Of a DNA stretch of 64,000 nt, positions 14,046-27,394 are shown in pieces. A program made the position numbers and the translations under genes. The notes under the pieces were generated by a model. It saw only the letters and a program-made list of their open reading frames with translations. It was not told where the DNA came from and did no database searches. The DNA comes from Octopus vulgaris (lineage: Eukaryota): NCBI GenBank assembly GCA_951406725.2, contig OX597840.1, positions 12,896,001-12,960,000 on the forward strand, written 5' to 3'. Within the stretch, counting starts at the first letter, position 1. Each line of letters begins with the position of its first letter.

Positions 14046-14118
14046 GCATAAATCTACAATTATATGTGTACATGTGTAGCTTGTGAACATATATTTATAT
14101 TCATATCTACAATTATAT

Positions 14119-14176
<58 letters not shown>

Positions 14177-14493
14177 TATATCACACAAACAAGCACACTC
14201 ACGCACACACATACAGATATTTCACAAAGCTATCTTTAATTTATATATTTATTGAAAAAAATATCTCCTTGTTTGAAAGAAAAATATCCCTTCAATGGCC
14301 TTGATGTGTGTGAATGAGTGTGAAAGTGAGTGTGTGTGTGTGTGAGTGTTTTGCTTTATTGTTTGTGTTGTTCCATCATATCTAAAGAAACTTCTGGAAG
14401 AGGTTTACTTCAGTCATGTTCTTCCTTTTCATTGTTATTTTTCTTCTTTGTTGAACCTTTTTCTAAGTACTATTGATAGACTGCTCAATAATG

Positions 14494-14549
<56 letters not shown>

Positions 14550-14716
14550 CACACATATATATATATACATATACATATACATATATTTACATATATATAT
14601 ACATATATATGCATGTATGTATGTGTATATATATATATGTGTGTGTATATGTATGCATCATTGATGATAATGATGACATACACACACATCTCAAAATGAA
14701 ATAGACCTCCTTGCAT

Positions 14717-14751
<35 letters not shown>

Positions 14752-14754
<3 letters not shown>

Positions 14755-15058
14755 GGCATGCTCTCTGTTCGCCGGGTATGATTTGCGTCTGCGCACTGGT
14801 CTGAAAAGTTAGGGTATACAGGTCGTTAGATTTGCACGTACTTCTAATGATATGTACTTCTCAGATTACAAAGGCTGCTTGCTGATGAGTCTAGCCTTGG
14901 CAGATAAATTATATTCATTTGCTAAAAAAAAGATGAAACTGCAGTTGGTAATTAGCTGAGTTGATAAACGTTTTTGATTTTCACTCCATTTCATGAATTT
15001 ATCCCCTTTTTTGTGTATCTAGTACTTGCTTCTTTATTGAGGGGCCTTTTAATGTACT
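14752..15058 (+). mobile_element. Probable Penelope-like 3' terminus with degenerate hammerhead
   Basis: CTGATGA-GTCT...AGAT-GAAA-CTGCAG-TT at about 14882-14947; downstream cactccattt resembles the sequence after the 47.7 kb ribozyme; TA-flanked; stem I register imperfect. Confidence 0.45.
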
Positions 15059-15078
15059 TATATATATATATATATATA

Positions 15079-15632
15079 TAGGGTCATCCCATAAATAATG
15101 CAGTTTTTTATACTTCTTTTATCTTTCAAAATTAAGATAAAACAAAGTTCTTTTTCAACCTAGAATATACTCTCCTTCATTTTCTACAATGCTCTTCCAT
15201 CAATTTGCTAGACTTGCAAGGCCCCTCTTTCAAAATTCACTTGTCTGTGATAAAAAATACTCCTCTAGTGCTGTCCTGACCTCGTCTACAGAATTCATAT
15301 ATTTTCCGTCCAAATGATTTTGAAGACTGCAGAATAAATGATAATCAGATGGGGCAATGTCCAGTGAATACGGTGGGTGGGGCATTGTTTCCCATTCAAA
15401 CTGTTCCAGCCTTTGGAATGTCATCCTTGCTGTATATGGCCGAGCATTACCCTGATGGAAGATTACCTTTCGTCTTGTAACCAAAGATGGTTGTTTTTCT
15501 TCTAGTGCTGACTTAAGCCACTCAAGCTGTTTGCAGTAGATCTCCTTTGTTATCATTTGGTTTAGGTTTAAATGTTCAAAGTGGACTAAACCTTTCATAT
15601 CTCACCAAACAGATGACAATACCTTATGTGGG
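15079..15632 (-). mobile_element. Mariner transposase 3' fragment with one TIR
   Basis: ORF 15230-15598 with FHQGNARPY and PHPPYSLDIAPSDYHLF motifs; paralogous copy at 38638. Confidence 0.9.
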
Positions 15633-16404
15633 TGTGTGTGGGTGTGTGTGTGTGTATGTGAATGAGTATGTGTGAATGTGTTTATGTGTGTGTGTGAATG
15701 TTTGTGTGTGTGTGAATGTGTGTGTGTGTGTGTGTGAATGTGTGTGTGAATGTGTGCATGTGAATGAGTGTGTGTGTGAATGTGTGTGTTTGAATGTGTG
15801 TGTGTGAATGTGTGTGTGTGAATGAGTGTGTGAATGTGCATGTGTGTGAGAATGTATATGTGAACAGGTGTGTGGGGGGTGCATTAAATTCCAAGAAATT
15901 CCAATGTTAAATATGGTCCTCTTGAATCTACTTAAAGAATATGATTCAATATGAATGTCAACTGAAATCAATATGACCGTTGAATGAAGGCAAAAATGGC
16001 AAAGCCTGAAATTCCATACCATTGTTAGATTTATTGAGTTATCAATCATTTTATCTTTGCATCCATGTATCTGTTGGTTATTTAGAGATCTGTTCTTTTG
16101 TGGCACCAGCACTAGTGATGTCGCTAGGTAACGTGATGAGAGAGAGAGAGAGAGAGAGATTACAATTTTTCAATAATTGAACCTGATTGGTGTAAATACT
16201 TTCCCTTCTACTCATACACCAAAAGAGAAATACTTGAATACTTGCACATATGTAAACACAGGTGTAGGAGTTGCTTTGAGGTAAGTAGCTTGCTTACAAA
16301 GCACATGGTTCCAGGTTCAGTCCCACTGTGTGGCACCTCGGGCAAGTGTCTTCTACTATAGCCTCAGGCCAACCAAAGCCTTGTGAGTGGATTTGGTAGA
16401 CGGA

Positions 16405-16444
<40 letters not shown>

Positions 16445-16542
16445 GACGGGCTTCTTTCAGTTTCCGTCTACCAAATCCACTCACAAGGCTTTGGTCGGCC
16501 TGAGGCTATAGTAAGTAGCGTGCTTTGTAAGCAAGCTACTTA

Positions 16543-16745
<203 letters not shown>

Positions 16746-16900
16746 GTATATATCATCATCATCATCATCATCGTCGTTTAACGTCCGTTCTCCATGCTAG
16801 CATGGGTTGGACGGTTCGACCGGGTTCTGGGAAGCAGAAGGCTGCACCAGGCTCCAGTCTAAATTTGGCAATGTTTCTACAGCTGGATGCCCTTCCTAAC

Positions 16901-16936
<36 letters not shown>

Positions 16937-16961
16937 GTATATATATATGTATATATATGTA

Positions 16962-17005
<44 letters not shown>

Positions 17006-17469
17006 TATGTATGTATGTGTGTGTGTATATGTTTGTGTGTCTGTGTTTGTCCCCCCAGCATCACTTGACAACCGATGTTGGTGTGTTTACGTCCCCGTAA
17101 CTTAGCGGTTCAGCAAAAGAGACCGATAGAATAAGTCCTAGACTTACAAAGAATAAGTCCTGGTGTCGGTTTGCTTGACTAAAGATGGTGCTCCAGCATG
17201 GCCACAGTCAAATGACTGAAACAAGTAAAAGAGTGAAATAGAGAGACAACAAACAGTCAAGTGTGAGGGTCAACCAGTTCAGTTAGCAAAGTACTGATAT
17301 CATCTTTAGTCAGCTAGTCTTTTGACTGATGTGACTAAAGCCCAAGCCAGATGTTCATCTTGCATCACTCAGCTGGGACGTCTGGCATAGAAGAGATGAA
17401 TTCATTTGGGCAGGTTGTCTGAACAAATGATATCAGATTGCTTAATTATACTTTTCATTTCATACAAGT

Positions 17470-17960
17470 ACAGGTGTGGTTGTGTGCAGGTGTGACTGCA
17501 TGGAGGCACAGGTGTGACAGTATGAAGGTGCAGGTATGGCTGTGTAGAGGTACAAGCGTGACTGCACGGAGATGCAAGCATGATATCGTGTAGGTGCAGG
17601 CATGGCTGTGTGGAGGTACAAGCGTGACTGCATGGAGGTGCAAGCGTGACATCGTGTAGGTGCAGGCATGGCTGTGTGGAGGTACAAGCGTGACTGCATG
17701 GAGGTGCAAGTGTGACATCGTGGAGGTGCAGGCATGGCTGTGTGGAGGTACAAGCATGACTGCATGGAGGTGCAAGTGTGACATCGTCGAGGTGCAGGTA
17801 TGGCTGTGTGGAGGCACTGGCAAGACAGTATGAAAGTGTGAGCACGGCTGTGTGGAGGTGCAAGCATGACCACATAGAGGCACAGACATAACTGCCTGAA
17901 CACGCAGGTGTGGCTACAGAACGTGGCAAGCATGGGTGTGTTAACACACAGGCATGGCTG
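17470..17960 (+). repeat. Minisatellite: 22-bp monomer in a 66-bp higher-order repeat, derived from the SINE A head
   Basis: Units start at 17594, 17660 and 17726; monomer ggtgcaggcatggctgtgtgga resembles SINE head ggcgcaggagtggctgtgtggt. Confidence 0.8.
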
Positions 17961-18012
17961 CACAGAGGAGCAGTTGTGGCTGCGTGGTAAGAAGCTTGCT
18001 TTCCAACCACAT

Positions 18013-18370
18013 TCCATTCCAGATGTCTACGCTTATGTCGGGGCCTCATCATCAAGATTGGCTTTACGAATCTCCAACCATTACGCAACTTTTCGAGACA
18101 TGAATAAACGCCAGACCACGGGACTTAGCAAGCTAATATGGCGATTGAAGAATACGAACTCAAGCTACAGGCTGGAATGGTCAATTTTGTCGGTGGCCCT
18201 CCCATTTGATAGGAGCAGAAGGAAGTGCAACCTTTGTGTCTCCGAACTCTTCCATATATTGTTCGCCAGAGACCGGATGGTAAACGGACTTTTACAGTCG
18301 GCTTTTCGCTGCCCCCATTGGCAGCGTTATACTTATCTTGCTTATAAATAACGCTTATAAATAATACCTG
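18013..18370 (+). mobile_element. Penelope-like element GIY-YIG endonuclease C-terminal fragment
   Basis: YAYVGASS..L.LRISNH..TFR....RQTTGLSKLIWRLK.....Y.LEWSIL....PFD...RKCNLCVSELFHIL...N....CPH. Confidence 0.85.
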
Positions 18371-19394
18371 CACCCTGTATATATTTATGTGTGTGTGTGT
18401 GTGTGTGTCTTTGTGTGTATGTTTGTCCCCCGCCACTGCTTGACAACTGGTGCTGGTGTGTTTACATCCCTGTGACATAGTGGTTCAGCAAGAAAAATCA
18501 ATTAAATAAGTACCCGGCTTAAAAACAATATAAGTACAGGGATCGAATCTTGTGGCTAAAAATTTTTGAAGGTGGTGCCCCAGCATGGCCACAGTCTAAT
18601 GACTTAAACAAGTAGAAGATAAAAGATGTCTTTTCTTAATTATCAATTTTATCAGATTAATTGTTTTATTGACCAATAAATTACAGACACTAATTAGTAT
18701 ATATTATATCTTAATACCTACCTTGCAAAGATATTATATCGTAATTTTATAACATTTAATAAGGATGCTGCAGTCTGTCGATGGTATTGCCAGTTCTTTA
18801 AAATTAAAATTAGCCTCGTTATAATTATTGTAAATATTAATTATAATAGTTTTATTGCAAAATCACAAATGTAACATCCAAATGTATGTGTGCATGTGTG
18901 TGTGTGTGTGCACATACATATTTATGTCTGTGTGTTTTCATATATATCATCGTCGTCGTCATCATCATTGTCATCACCATCATCATTTACTGCCTGTTTT
19001 CCATGCTGGCATGGGTTGGATGGATTAAAGGACTGCACCAGGCTTTATTGCTGGTTTTGGCATGATTTCTACAGCTTGATGCACTTCCTAATACCAACCA
19101 TTTTACAGAGTGGAGTGGGTTCATTTTGCATGGCACCACCACCAGAAACGCTTGTTTTGGCATAGGTTTTATGGCTGGAACCCTTCCTAATGTCCATCAT
19201 CATCATCATCATCGTTTATCGTCCGCTTTCCATGCTAGCATGGGTTGGACGATTTTTACTGAGGGCTGGCGAACCAGATGGCTGCACCAGTCTCCAATCT
19301 TGATTTGGCAGAGTTTCTATAGCTGGATGCCCTTCCTAACGCCAACCACTTTGAGAGTGTGTATATATATAGAGAGATAGATAGATAGATAGAT

Positions 19395-19464
<70 letters not shown>

Positions 19465-20177
19465 TGTATGTATATATGTATAGCCGATATGGAAGGGAAT
19501 ATGGCGACTGCTCTCTATTGTCAGAAGTGGATTAACACGACTGGTCAACAGCTGCAGTGAAAAAAGGGGTAAAGCGAAAAAAAGGGACCAGGGTATTGGG
19601 CTATGGGTTATGCCCCTTGGATGGGTATGTTGTGAAGCTGGCAAGAGTTATTTTGAAGTGAAGAAAGCGTGTATTATTAATGGGGTATCCGCCTTATTGG
19701 GGTGTGCATGTGTGTACATGGGTGTGTTGGTGTGTATCTTGGTCAGCGGAATTTGAACTCAGCACATAAAGACAGATGAGACAAAGAAATATATTAAACA
19801 TACATTGAGCACTGTCTACACGTTTTCCTTTCTGCAAATAAATATCTGTCCGACACACACGCACACATACACACACAGACACACACACACACACACACAC
19901 AACACACACACACACACACACAGAGGTACAACACAGAATTTCCAGACACTGATGGTCGAGAACTTCTTATAACCTGTTTGAATTTATGAGAAGGAAGTTC
20001 AAATTCTTGCAGCTGCCAGACCAGTTTACTGGTATCTTGCCACAGACTAATAATTTACACACTACGCTATAAATAAATTGTACCATCATCATCACCATCA
20101 TCATCGTCATCACCATCATCATCACCACCATCATCATCATAATCACCACCACCACCACCACCACCACCACCACCACA

Positions 20178-20211
<34 letters not shown>

Positions 20212-20492
20212 TCACCATCATCATCACCATCATCATCACCACCATCGTTGTCGTCATCACCACCACCACCACCACCACCATCATCATCGTCATCATCACC
20301 ACCACCACCACCACCACCACCACCGCCACCACCACCACCACCACCACCACCACCATCATCATCATCACCACCATCATGGATGCTATTTACATGGTGCTAG
20401 CATGGGTGCTTTATATGTGGCACTGGAATGGGTGCTCTTTCATCTCTTGTAGGGATTTTCTCAACTAGCTAATTTGCTTAAATATATATACA

Positions 20493-21566
20493 CAGGGTGT
20501 AGTTAATATATCATCATCTAAATTACACAAATATGAAAATAACACTGACATCTCATTTTAACAAATATATTTACCAAAATTACATAAAAATATTTTGAAA
20601 TACTAAAGAGTAAATTTATTCAATAAAATAACCATTGGTTTCAACCACAACCTCCAGACGACTTCAGAATCTCCTGCAACTCCTTGGGATGGTCTCCTTG
20701 TTTAAGTTGGTGAATCCTGCCATCATCCTTACCTTCAGTTCATCTTTGGTGTTAAAAGGAGTTTTGTAAGTCTATCACTCAACTGCACCCCACACATAAT
20801 ATATTTCTTTACTACCCACAAGGGGCTAAACACAGAGGGGACAAACAAGGACAGACAAATGGATTAAGTCGACCCCAGTGTAACTGGTACTTAATTTATC
20901 GACCCCGAAAGATTGAAAGGCAAAGTCAACCTTGACGGAATTTGAACTCTGAACGTAACAGCAGACGAAGTACGGCTACGCATTTCGCCCGGCGTGCTAA
21001 TGTTTCTGCCAGCTCGGGGGGTTGCAGTCTGGGGAGTTGGTGGCCAGATGTTAGGGACAGTGAGGTCGCAGAAATTTTCTGACAGCCATGCTTTTGTGGC
21101 ATGGTGCTGAGTCCTGTTACCAGACATAGGGTCTTCCAGCAGCCAGCCTCTTGAGCCAGGGCAGCACTATCTCCTCCAGGCACTTGATGTAGGCCTCTGT
21201 GTTGAGTCTAAACCCATGTGGGAAGATGAATGGAGGCATAACGTTGCCATCACTAATGATCACTCCAAATGCCATGATGTTGACTGGATGTTTGATTTTT
21301 ATCACTCTTGGTACATGTTTTGGGGACTCAGATTGACACCCAACACTCTGAAATGTTCATATTGGAGCTTCCAGTGTGAATGCCAAGCAGTACATGATAT
21401 TGTTTCTAAATTTATGGAAGACTGAATTGCACCATGGAGCTGTTTTTCTCACAGATGGTGCCCAACTGACCCTACTATACTGTGTAGTCGACAAAATCAA
21501 AAGCAAACAATGCACATATGCAAAATTGAAAATATTAACTGGCAACAATTTACCCATCACACCCTG
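20493..21566 (-). mobile_element. Tc1/mariner DD37D (maT)-like transposon, deleted, interrupted by SINE B (20802-21016)
   Basis: Ends cagggtgt...acaccctg; peptides FGVIISDGNVMPPFIF, QDSAPCH, WPP.SPDCNP/YVWGAVE. Confidence 0.8.
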
Positions 21567-21611
21567 TATGTATATATATATATATATATATTCATGCATA
21601 CACATATATAT

Positions 21612-21800
21612 AACTGTAGAAGGAACCTGTGGAAGAGGTAGATTCAGGAAGACATGGGATGAGGTGGTGAAGCATGACTTTTAAATACTGGGCTTCACAA
21701 AGGCAATGACAGGAGACTGGACTTATGGAGATATGCTGTGATTGAGACCTGGCAACTAAAGTGAGATCACAGCCATGCATGTCCAGCCCTGTGAAGAGTA
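21612..21800 (+). mobile_element. RTE LINE ORF C-terminal fragment
   Basis: VEGTCGRGRFRKTWDEVVKHD; the same sequence heads the copy at 35733. Confidence 0.7.
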
Positions 21801-21900
21801 CTCCTGATGCCTTGGGCGATATGGAAAATGAGAATGGGCATATATCCTCTGTTATCATCTTATTGATATATACCATTCTCATTTTCCATATTTTTCCCCC

Positions 21901-21969
21901 AATTTGTCTCTGATGACAGAATATCCCATACTCAGGGATATCCCAGAAACAGCTGTAAGGTTTTGAATT
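21901..21969 (+). ncRNA. Type I hammerhead ribozyme motif
   Basis: TCT-CTGATGA-ca-GaATATCCC-atactca-GGGATATcC-ca-GAAA-CAGCTG-TA^AGG; palindromic stem III ACAGCTGT. Confidence 0.75.
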
Positions 21970-22253
21970 TCTTCCTGTAATAATATTGTATATGACTTGA
22001 GATTTTTGACTTGCCTTAATGTTTGAAATCCTGTTTAACAATTATATATTTGTATGTATATATATATATATATAGTTAATCCAAACATGAAAACACAAAG
22101 AGAAAACACAACAACTCGAGGACGTGGAACAAATATAGTATTATTAGACGCTCAGGAAGGGAAGAAGGAGGGTTTAACGTTTCGTCAGAAACATAGGAGA
22201 AGGAAAGATCCAGAGAAGGGAAGACAGAGGATTAACAATTATATATTTGTATG

Positions 22254-22299
<46 letters not shown>

Positions 22300-22302
<3 letters not shown>

Positions 22303-22764
22303 AGGAAAAGAAATGACACTGGAAAAATGATGATTATTTTATGAACCTCAGCTGACAACTGTTTCTGTTACTATAAGATGTAATGGATTCTTAGTTGAGT
22401 GCCTGAATAACATGGTGTAGCTTCATCAGAACATCACATATGCAGTGCACTTTGTTTGGGAAAAATATTTTCCCTATATATTGCTAAAATGTAATTCTTT
22501 ATAATGACTTGAAGGCATGTGGTATTTTGTTATGCTACCATAAAATTCTATAAAGTATATTAAAGGATTTTATGAGTCAACACTACGTCTTACTGTGTTA
22601 GCAGTGCTCTTAACATTATTTTGTTAAAGTTATTTCTACAGAAATTATAGCCACCATAATTTCTGTAGAAATAACCATAACTCTTCTTTTCTTCCCATTA
22701 GCTGTAAGCTAATGATGTTCATGGCATAACCATTACTTTTCCTGTGTCATCTTTTTCTCTTATA
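22300..22764. mobile_element. Element with ~60-bp imperfect terminal inverted repeats, a hammerhead and a perfect 20-bp-stem hairpin (22629-22675)
   Basis: taaggaaaagaaatgacactggaaaaatgatgattat versus ataaccattacttttcctgtgtcatctttttctctta. Confidence 0.65.
22351..22432 (-). ncRNA. Type I hammerhead ribozyme motif (partly degenerate)
   Basis: Minus strand GTT-CTGATGA-a-GCTAC...GTAAC-a-GAAA-CAGTTG-TC^AGC. Confidence 0.6.
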
Positions 22765-23145
22765 AGCACTCTACACTCATCGAGCACTTTGATCTGAAAC
22801 GTACATATATATATGGAGTTCTACACTGGGTTATTAACCCCACACACACACACAGAGTTCAGAATTGTATAAAAAACAAAAGACACAGACAGGTGAGTAA
22901 ACAAAGACAAGGATAATGCTCAGAAAAAACTGGAAGAGTCTTTGACATATTGAAGCCCTTCTTCAGCTCCACTGTGTGGCATCTTGGGCAAGTGTCTTCT
23001 AGTATAGCCTCTGGCTAATCAAAATCTTGTGGGTGGATTTGGTCGACAGAAACTGAAAGAAACCTGTCATATATATGTGTGTGTGTGTGTGAATGGTTTT
23101 GTTATACAGTGCTGAGTTTTACAATCCTGTAAATAATAATAATAA

Positions 23146-23425
23146 TGGTATTTATATAAGCTTAAAGCTTATTGTGATCACCGTGCAATGACTAAAGAAA
23201 ATAGTCTAATAAAGGGGCATATAAGCCCTCAACAGAAAAAAGGTTTCCTATCTGTGTTGGAGACGAACCCACATCCCTTTGTTAACACATCTAAGTGTGT
23301 TACCATTATACACAGATGGGAAAGCCTACTTTTTTCTGTTGAGAGCTTATATGCTCCTTTATTAGACTATTTTCTTTAGTCATTGCACGGTGATCACAAT
23401 AAGCCTTCAGCTTTTATAAATACCA
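23146..23425. mobile_element. Fold-back element (~110-bp arms) enclosing a tRNA-like sequence
   Basis: Arms tggtatttata...cttattgtgatcaccgtgcaatgactaaagaaaatagtctaataaagg and its reverse complement; inserted between the two halves of a SINE A. Confidence 0.85.
23247..23320 (-). ncRNA. tRNA-like Pol III unit (degenerate, tRNA-derived)
   Basis: Minus strand CCCATCTGTGTATAATGGTAACAC...GTGGGTTCGTCTCCAACACAGATAGG-aaacc-TTTTTT; A-box-like, B-box-like and T6 terminator. Confidence 0.5.
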
Positions 23426-24244
23426 ATAAATATATATATACACACACACACATATATATGAGTGTGTGTCATTGTGTCTGCATATGTCCCTCCCTTACTG
23501 CTTGACAACCGGTGTTGGTGTGTTTATGTCACCATAACTTAGTGGTTTGGCCAAAGAGATCTATAGAATAGGCTTTAAAAAATATTTACAAAATAAGTAC
23601 TGGGATCAATATATTCGACTAAACCCCTTCAAAATGGTGCTCCAGTATGGCCACAGTCAGATGACTGAAACAAGTAAAAGAATAGAAGAATAAAGGAATA
23701 TACACGACAGGCTTCACTCAGTTTCTCTCTACCAAATCCACTCACAAAGCTTCAGTCAGTCCAAGGTGATCCATGGTGGGAATTGAACCCAGAACCAGTG
23801 TCTTAAGGAAGCAAACATCTTATTGCACAGCCATACCATGTATGTAGGTTCATATATGCTTGTATATGAGTGTGCAAGTGTCTCCTTGTCTTCACAACAA
23901 CAAAGTTTTATATATATATTGGTAATCTTGTGGATTTGTGAAACTAAACCAGTCGACAGAGAGAAAAAAACGAACTGTCCAATTGTTAGATTTTCATATC
24001 AAAGTCGAAAACAATTGATTACAAATCTTTATTCTTTGTGCTAATCCTTAGCTTGGATTAACTATTCATTGGACATTTGTCCGTTGCTGTTGTGTTTTCA
24101 GAGGAACTCAGTGGTATGGTCCAGAAATTGTAAACAACATTCTTAAATTATATAGAATGGGATTAATAACTCAGTAGTGTTATTGAAGGCTATTGGAGAT
24201 GGATGGAAATTTTTAGAGATAGAGCTATGGATAGAAAGACAGAC

Positions 24245-24354
<110 letters not shown>

Positions 24355-24375
24355 GGATGGATGGATGGATGGATG

Positions 24376-24429
<54 letters not shown>

Positions 24430-24437
24430 CAGACAGA

Positions 24438-24550
24438 TAAGTTTCTTTATTGGCCACACAGGGCTGCACACAGATGGGACAAATTACAAGGTAGAGCTTT
24501 TCTTTTGGGGGATGAAAAAAACAAAAAAACAAAAAACAAAAGAAAAAAAG
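24438..24550 (-). mobile_element. 3' end of a (GATA)n-embedded non-LTR element (Tx1-like by inference)
   Basis: Same 3' end as 62843-63340; AATAAA immediately before (TATC)n. Confidence 0.6.
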
Positions 24551-24560
24551 ATAGACAGAC

Positions 24561-24612
<52 letters not shown>

Positions 24613-25245
24613 TGGTAGAGACAGACAATGGGAGAGAGACATGTGGGACAGAGAGATGGTGTGGGAATGATAAAGAGAGAGAAACATGGACTGAGAGAGA
24701 GAGAGAGAGAGACAGAGTGGGAAAGAAAGAGACAGAGAAAGTAGGAAATAGGGAAAATTCAGATAGAGTGGCAGAGAGAGAGAGAGAAAGAGAGACGTTG
24801 TAGGGGGGAGAAAGAGAGAGACAGAAAGAGTAGAAAGGAGAGAGAGAATGACAGAGTGGAAGAGAGAGAGAGAGAGGGAGAGACATGCAAACATTCAAAG
24901 GGAGTGGGGAAAGGGTGACAAAGAGAGTTGAAGAGAGAAAGAGACAGACAGACAGAGTGAAAGAAAAAGAGAAAGAGACAGAGAGAATGAGAGAGAGATT
25001 TGGAGAAATCTAGGCTGGTTGCTTTCTTAGTTTGACAAGCCTCTTTTCTGTTTAAATTTCAAATATTTCGGGAGTCTTTTAAAGGCATGGCTGTGTGGTT
25101 AAGATGCTTCGTTTGTAACAATATGGGTCCTGGGATCAATCCTACCATATGGCACTTTGGAGAGAAATGTCTTTTACCGTAGCCTCAGATTTGCTGATTG
25201 TTTTGTGAGTGAAATTAGACATGGAAACTGTGCAAAAGTTCAGTC

Positions 25246-25327
<82 letters not shown>

Positions 25328-25331
25328 CATG

Positions 25332-25366
<35 letters not shown>

Positions 25367-25377
25367 ATATGTATATA

Positions 25378-25410
<33 letters not shown>

Positions 25411-25610
25411 TCACCATGTTGAATCGCTAGCTGCTGCACGCACTCTTTTTCTCTCCTTGTTTTTTTCTGTGTATATTTCTGTTGAAGAGCGTAGGCTTGA
25501 AACGTAAAAGATTTGTTTTATTTATATTCCTGAGTGCCATACTAATACATTTGTTTGTTTGTACTCCACCTGCCTTCGTCTTTTGTTTATTTTCATAAAG
25601 CTTCCCGTTA
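25411..25610 (+). mobile_element. TA-flanked repeat with minimal hammerhead-like motif (25476-25510)
   Basis: TTT-CTGTTGA-A-GAGC-gtag-GCTT-GAAA-CGTA-AAAG. Confidence 0.6.
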
Positions 25611-25614
25611 TATA

Positions 25615-25650
<36 letters not shown>

Positions 25651-26026
25651 TGTATGTATGTATGCATGTATGTATGCATATGTGTATATATTTGAGTGGA
25701 GGCAATGCGAGCAGGAACTAAAGGAACATTACTAAGATCCACACTCAAAGATCAAATACATACATATATTCATATATTCGTATATTCATTTATATTTACA
25801 GAACGGATATAAAATTTGACATCTATAAATATAATAATATATATAAGTAGATAAAAATTATACAATATATATAAATGTATAAGAATCACTGATAATACAA
25901 TAATAAATACAATAAAAATAATAACAGGACATAACAACAGGTGTCTTTCCCTTTTTGTATCACCTAGCCATCCGGATGTTTTGCGTTCTTGTCCCATTTT
26001 GTATTTTGCCGGTGGCACGTAAGAGA

Positions 26027-26400
26027 ACCATCGAAACGTGGCCGTAGCCAGCGCTGCCCTGACTGGCCTCCGTGCTGGTGGCACGTAAAAAGCACCATCT
26101 GATAGTGGCCATTGCCAGCTTCGTCTGGTCTCTGTGCTGGTGGCACATAAAAAGCACCATCCGATCGTGGCCGTTTGCCAGCCTCGCCTGGCACCTGTGC
26201 CGGTGGCATGTAAAAAGCACCCACTACACTCATGGAGTGGTTGGCGTTAGGAAGGGCATCCAGCTGTAGAAACACTGCCAGATCAGACTGGGCCTGGTGC
26301 AGCCTTCTGGCTTCCCAGACCTCAGACAAATCGTCCAACCCATGCCAGCATGGAAAGCGGACGTTAAATGATGACGATGATGATGATGATGATGATGATA
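26027..26400 (+). mobile_element. RTE-related 3' region with 4 tandem gtgcyggtggcacrtaaaaagcacc units and (GAT)n tail
   Basis: Family match; units near 26027, 26071, 26133 and 26196. Confidence 0.8.
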
Positions 26401-27173
26401 TATAGTGGTGTGCGTACACTTTGCTCTCTTATATGTAAATACACATTTTTCTAAATCTTGTACGACTTTATTTCTGTCTGTCTATCAGCCCTTTCATGCT
26501 TATCCGTTCATTCCACTCTTCGTTCTTTCGTTCCCCCTCTCTCGCATTTCTTCATTTCTTTGCCTTCTCTTCTTACTCACTTTCCCTCCACTTTTCACTT
26601 CACTGTGTCTGTCCCTGTCCTTTTTTCTCGCCCCTCCTTAATTCTTCTGTCCCTCTGCTTATACTTCTCTCTCTTTTCTTCCCATGTGATTGCCGGTCAC
26701 CCTAGCCTGCTCTTTCTTTCTTTGTCAGACCGCCGTCCATGCAACATCAATATTCTTCTCTGTGTTTGTGAAAATTTTGTATCTCTGCCGTAAGGCTTCA
26801 TTTCCAGATGCGCCAGCTTAATTCATTTCATCCTTAGTCGAAAGACACTTGTTGTTATGTCCTGTTATTATCTTTATTGCATTTGTATTTGTGTAACATT
26901 TCTCCGTTTTCTCCTTCCTTGTTCTCATATACATTTGCTGCTTTCTTCCAAGGAATCTAATGCTCTTAGCTTAGTTTTTCCTTGGGGCTGGCCAGATTGG
27001 AGCAATCTCAAGAATAATCAGCTGAAATTGAGAGGATAATCTGGTTCTTGACTGAGGATAGAGGGGTTCGAATGACCCGTCCTTGTTTTCTTTGTATCAT
27101 CTATCTGGATGTTTTGTTGTCCCTTTCTGTATCACCTAACTGTCCAGATGTTTTGCGTTCTTGTCCCATTTTG

Positions 27174-27225
<52 letters not shown>

Positions 27226-27260
27226 GTTGTATACTGTCACTCAGAAATATATATATATAA

Positions 27261-27322
<62 letters not shown>

Positions 27323-27394
27323 ATATATACATATAGCGGCATGTGTAAACTTTGCTCTCTCTATATATATATATTAAAAAACCATGTGAACTAC

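Noticed and set aside
17402-18088. Cys/His-rich repetitive ORFs resembling metallothionein or zinc-finger proteins
   Set aside because: Explained by the 22/66-bp SINE-derived minisatellite; open in several frames
19482-19700. Possible PLE RT-thumb remnant (HPRGITHS)
   Set aside because: Too short and degenerate to call without a profile search
26027-26225. CRISPR-like repeat-spacer pattern
   Set aside because: The spacers are homologous to each other, the array is part of a dispersed eukaryotic retroelement, and no cas genes are present
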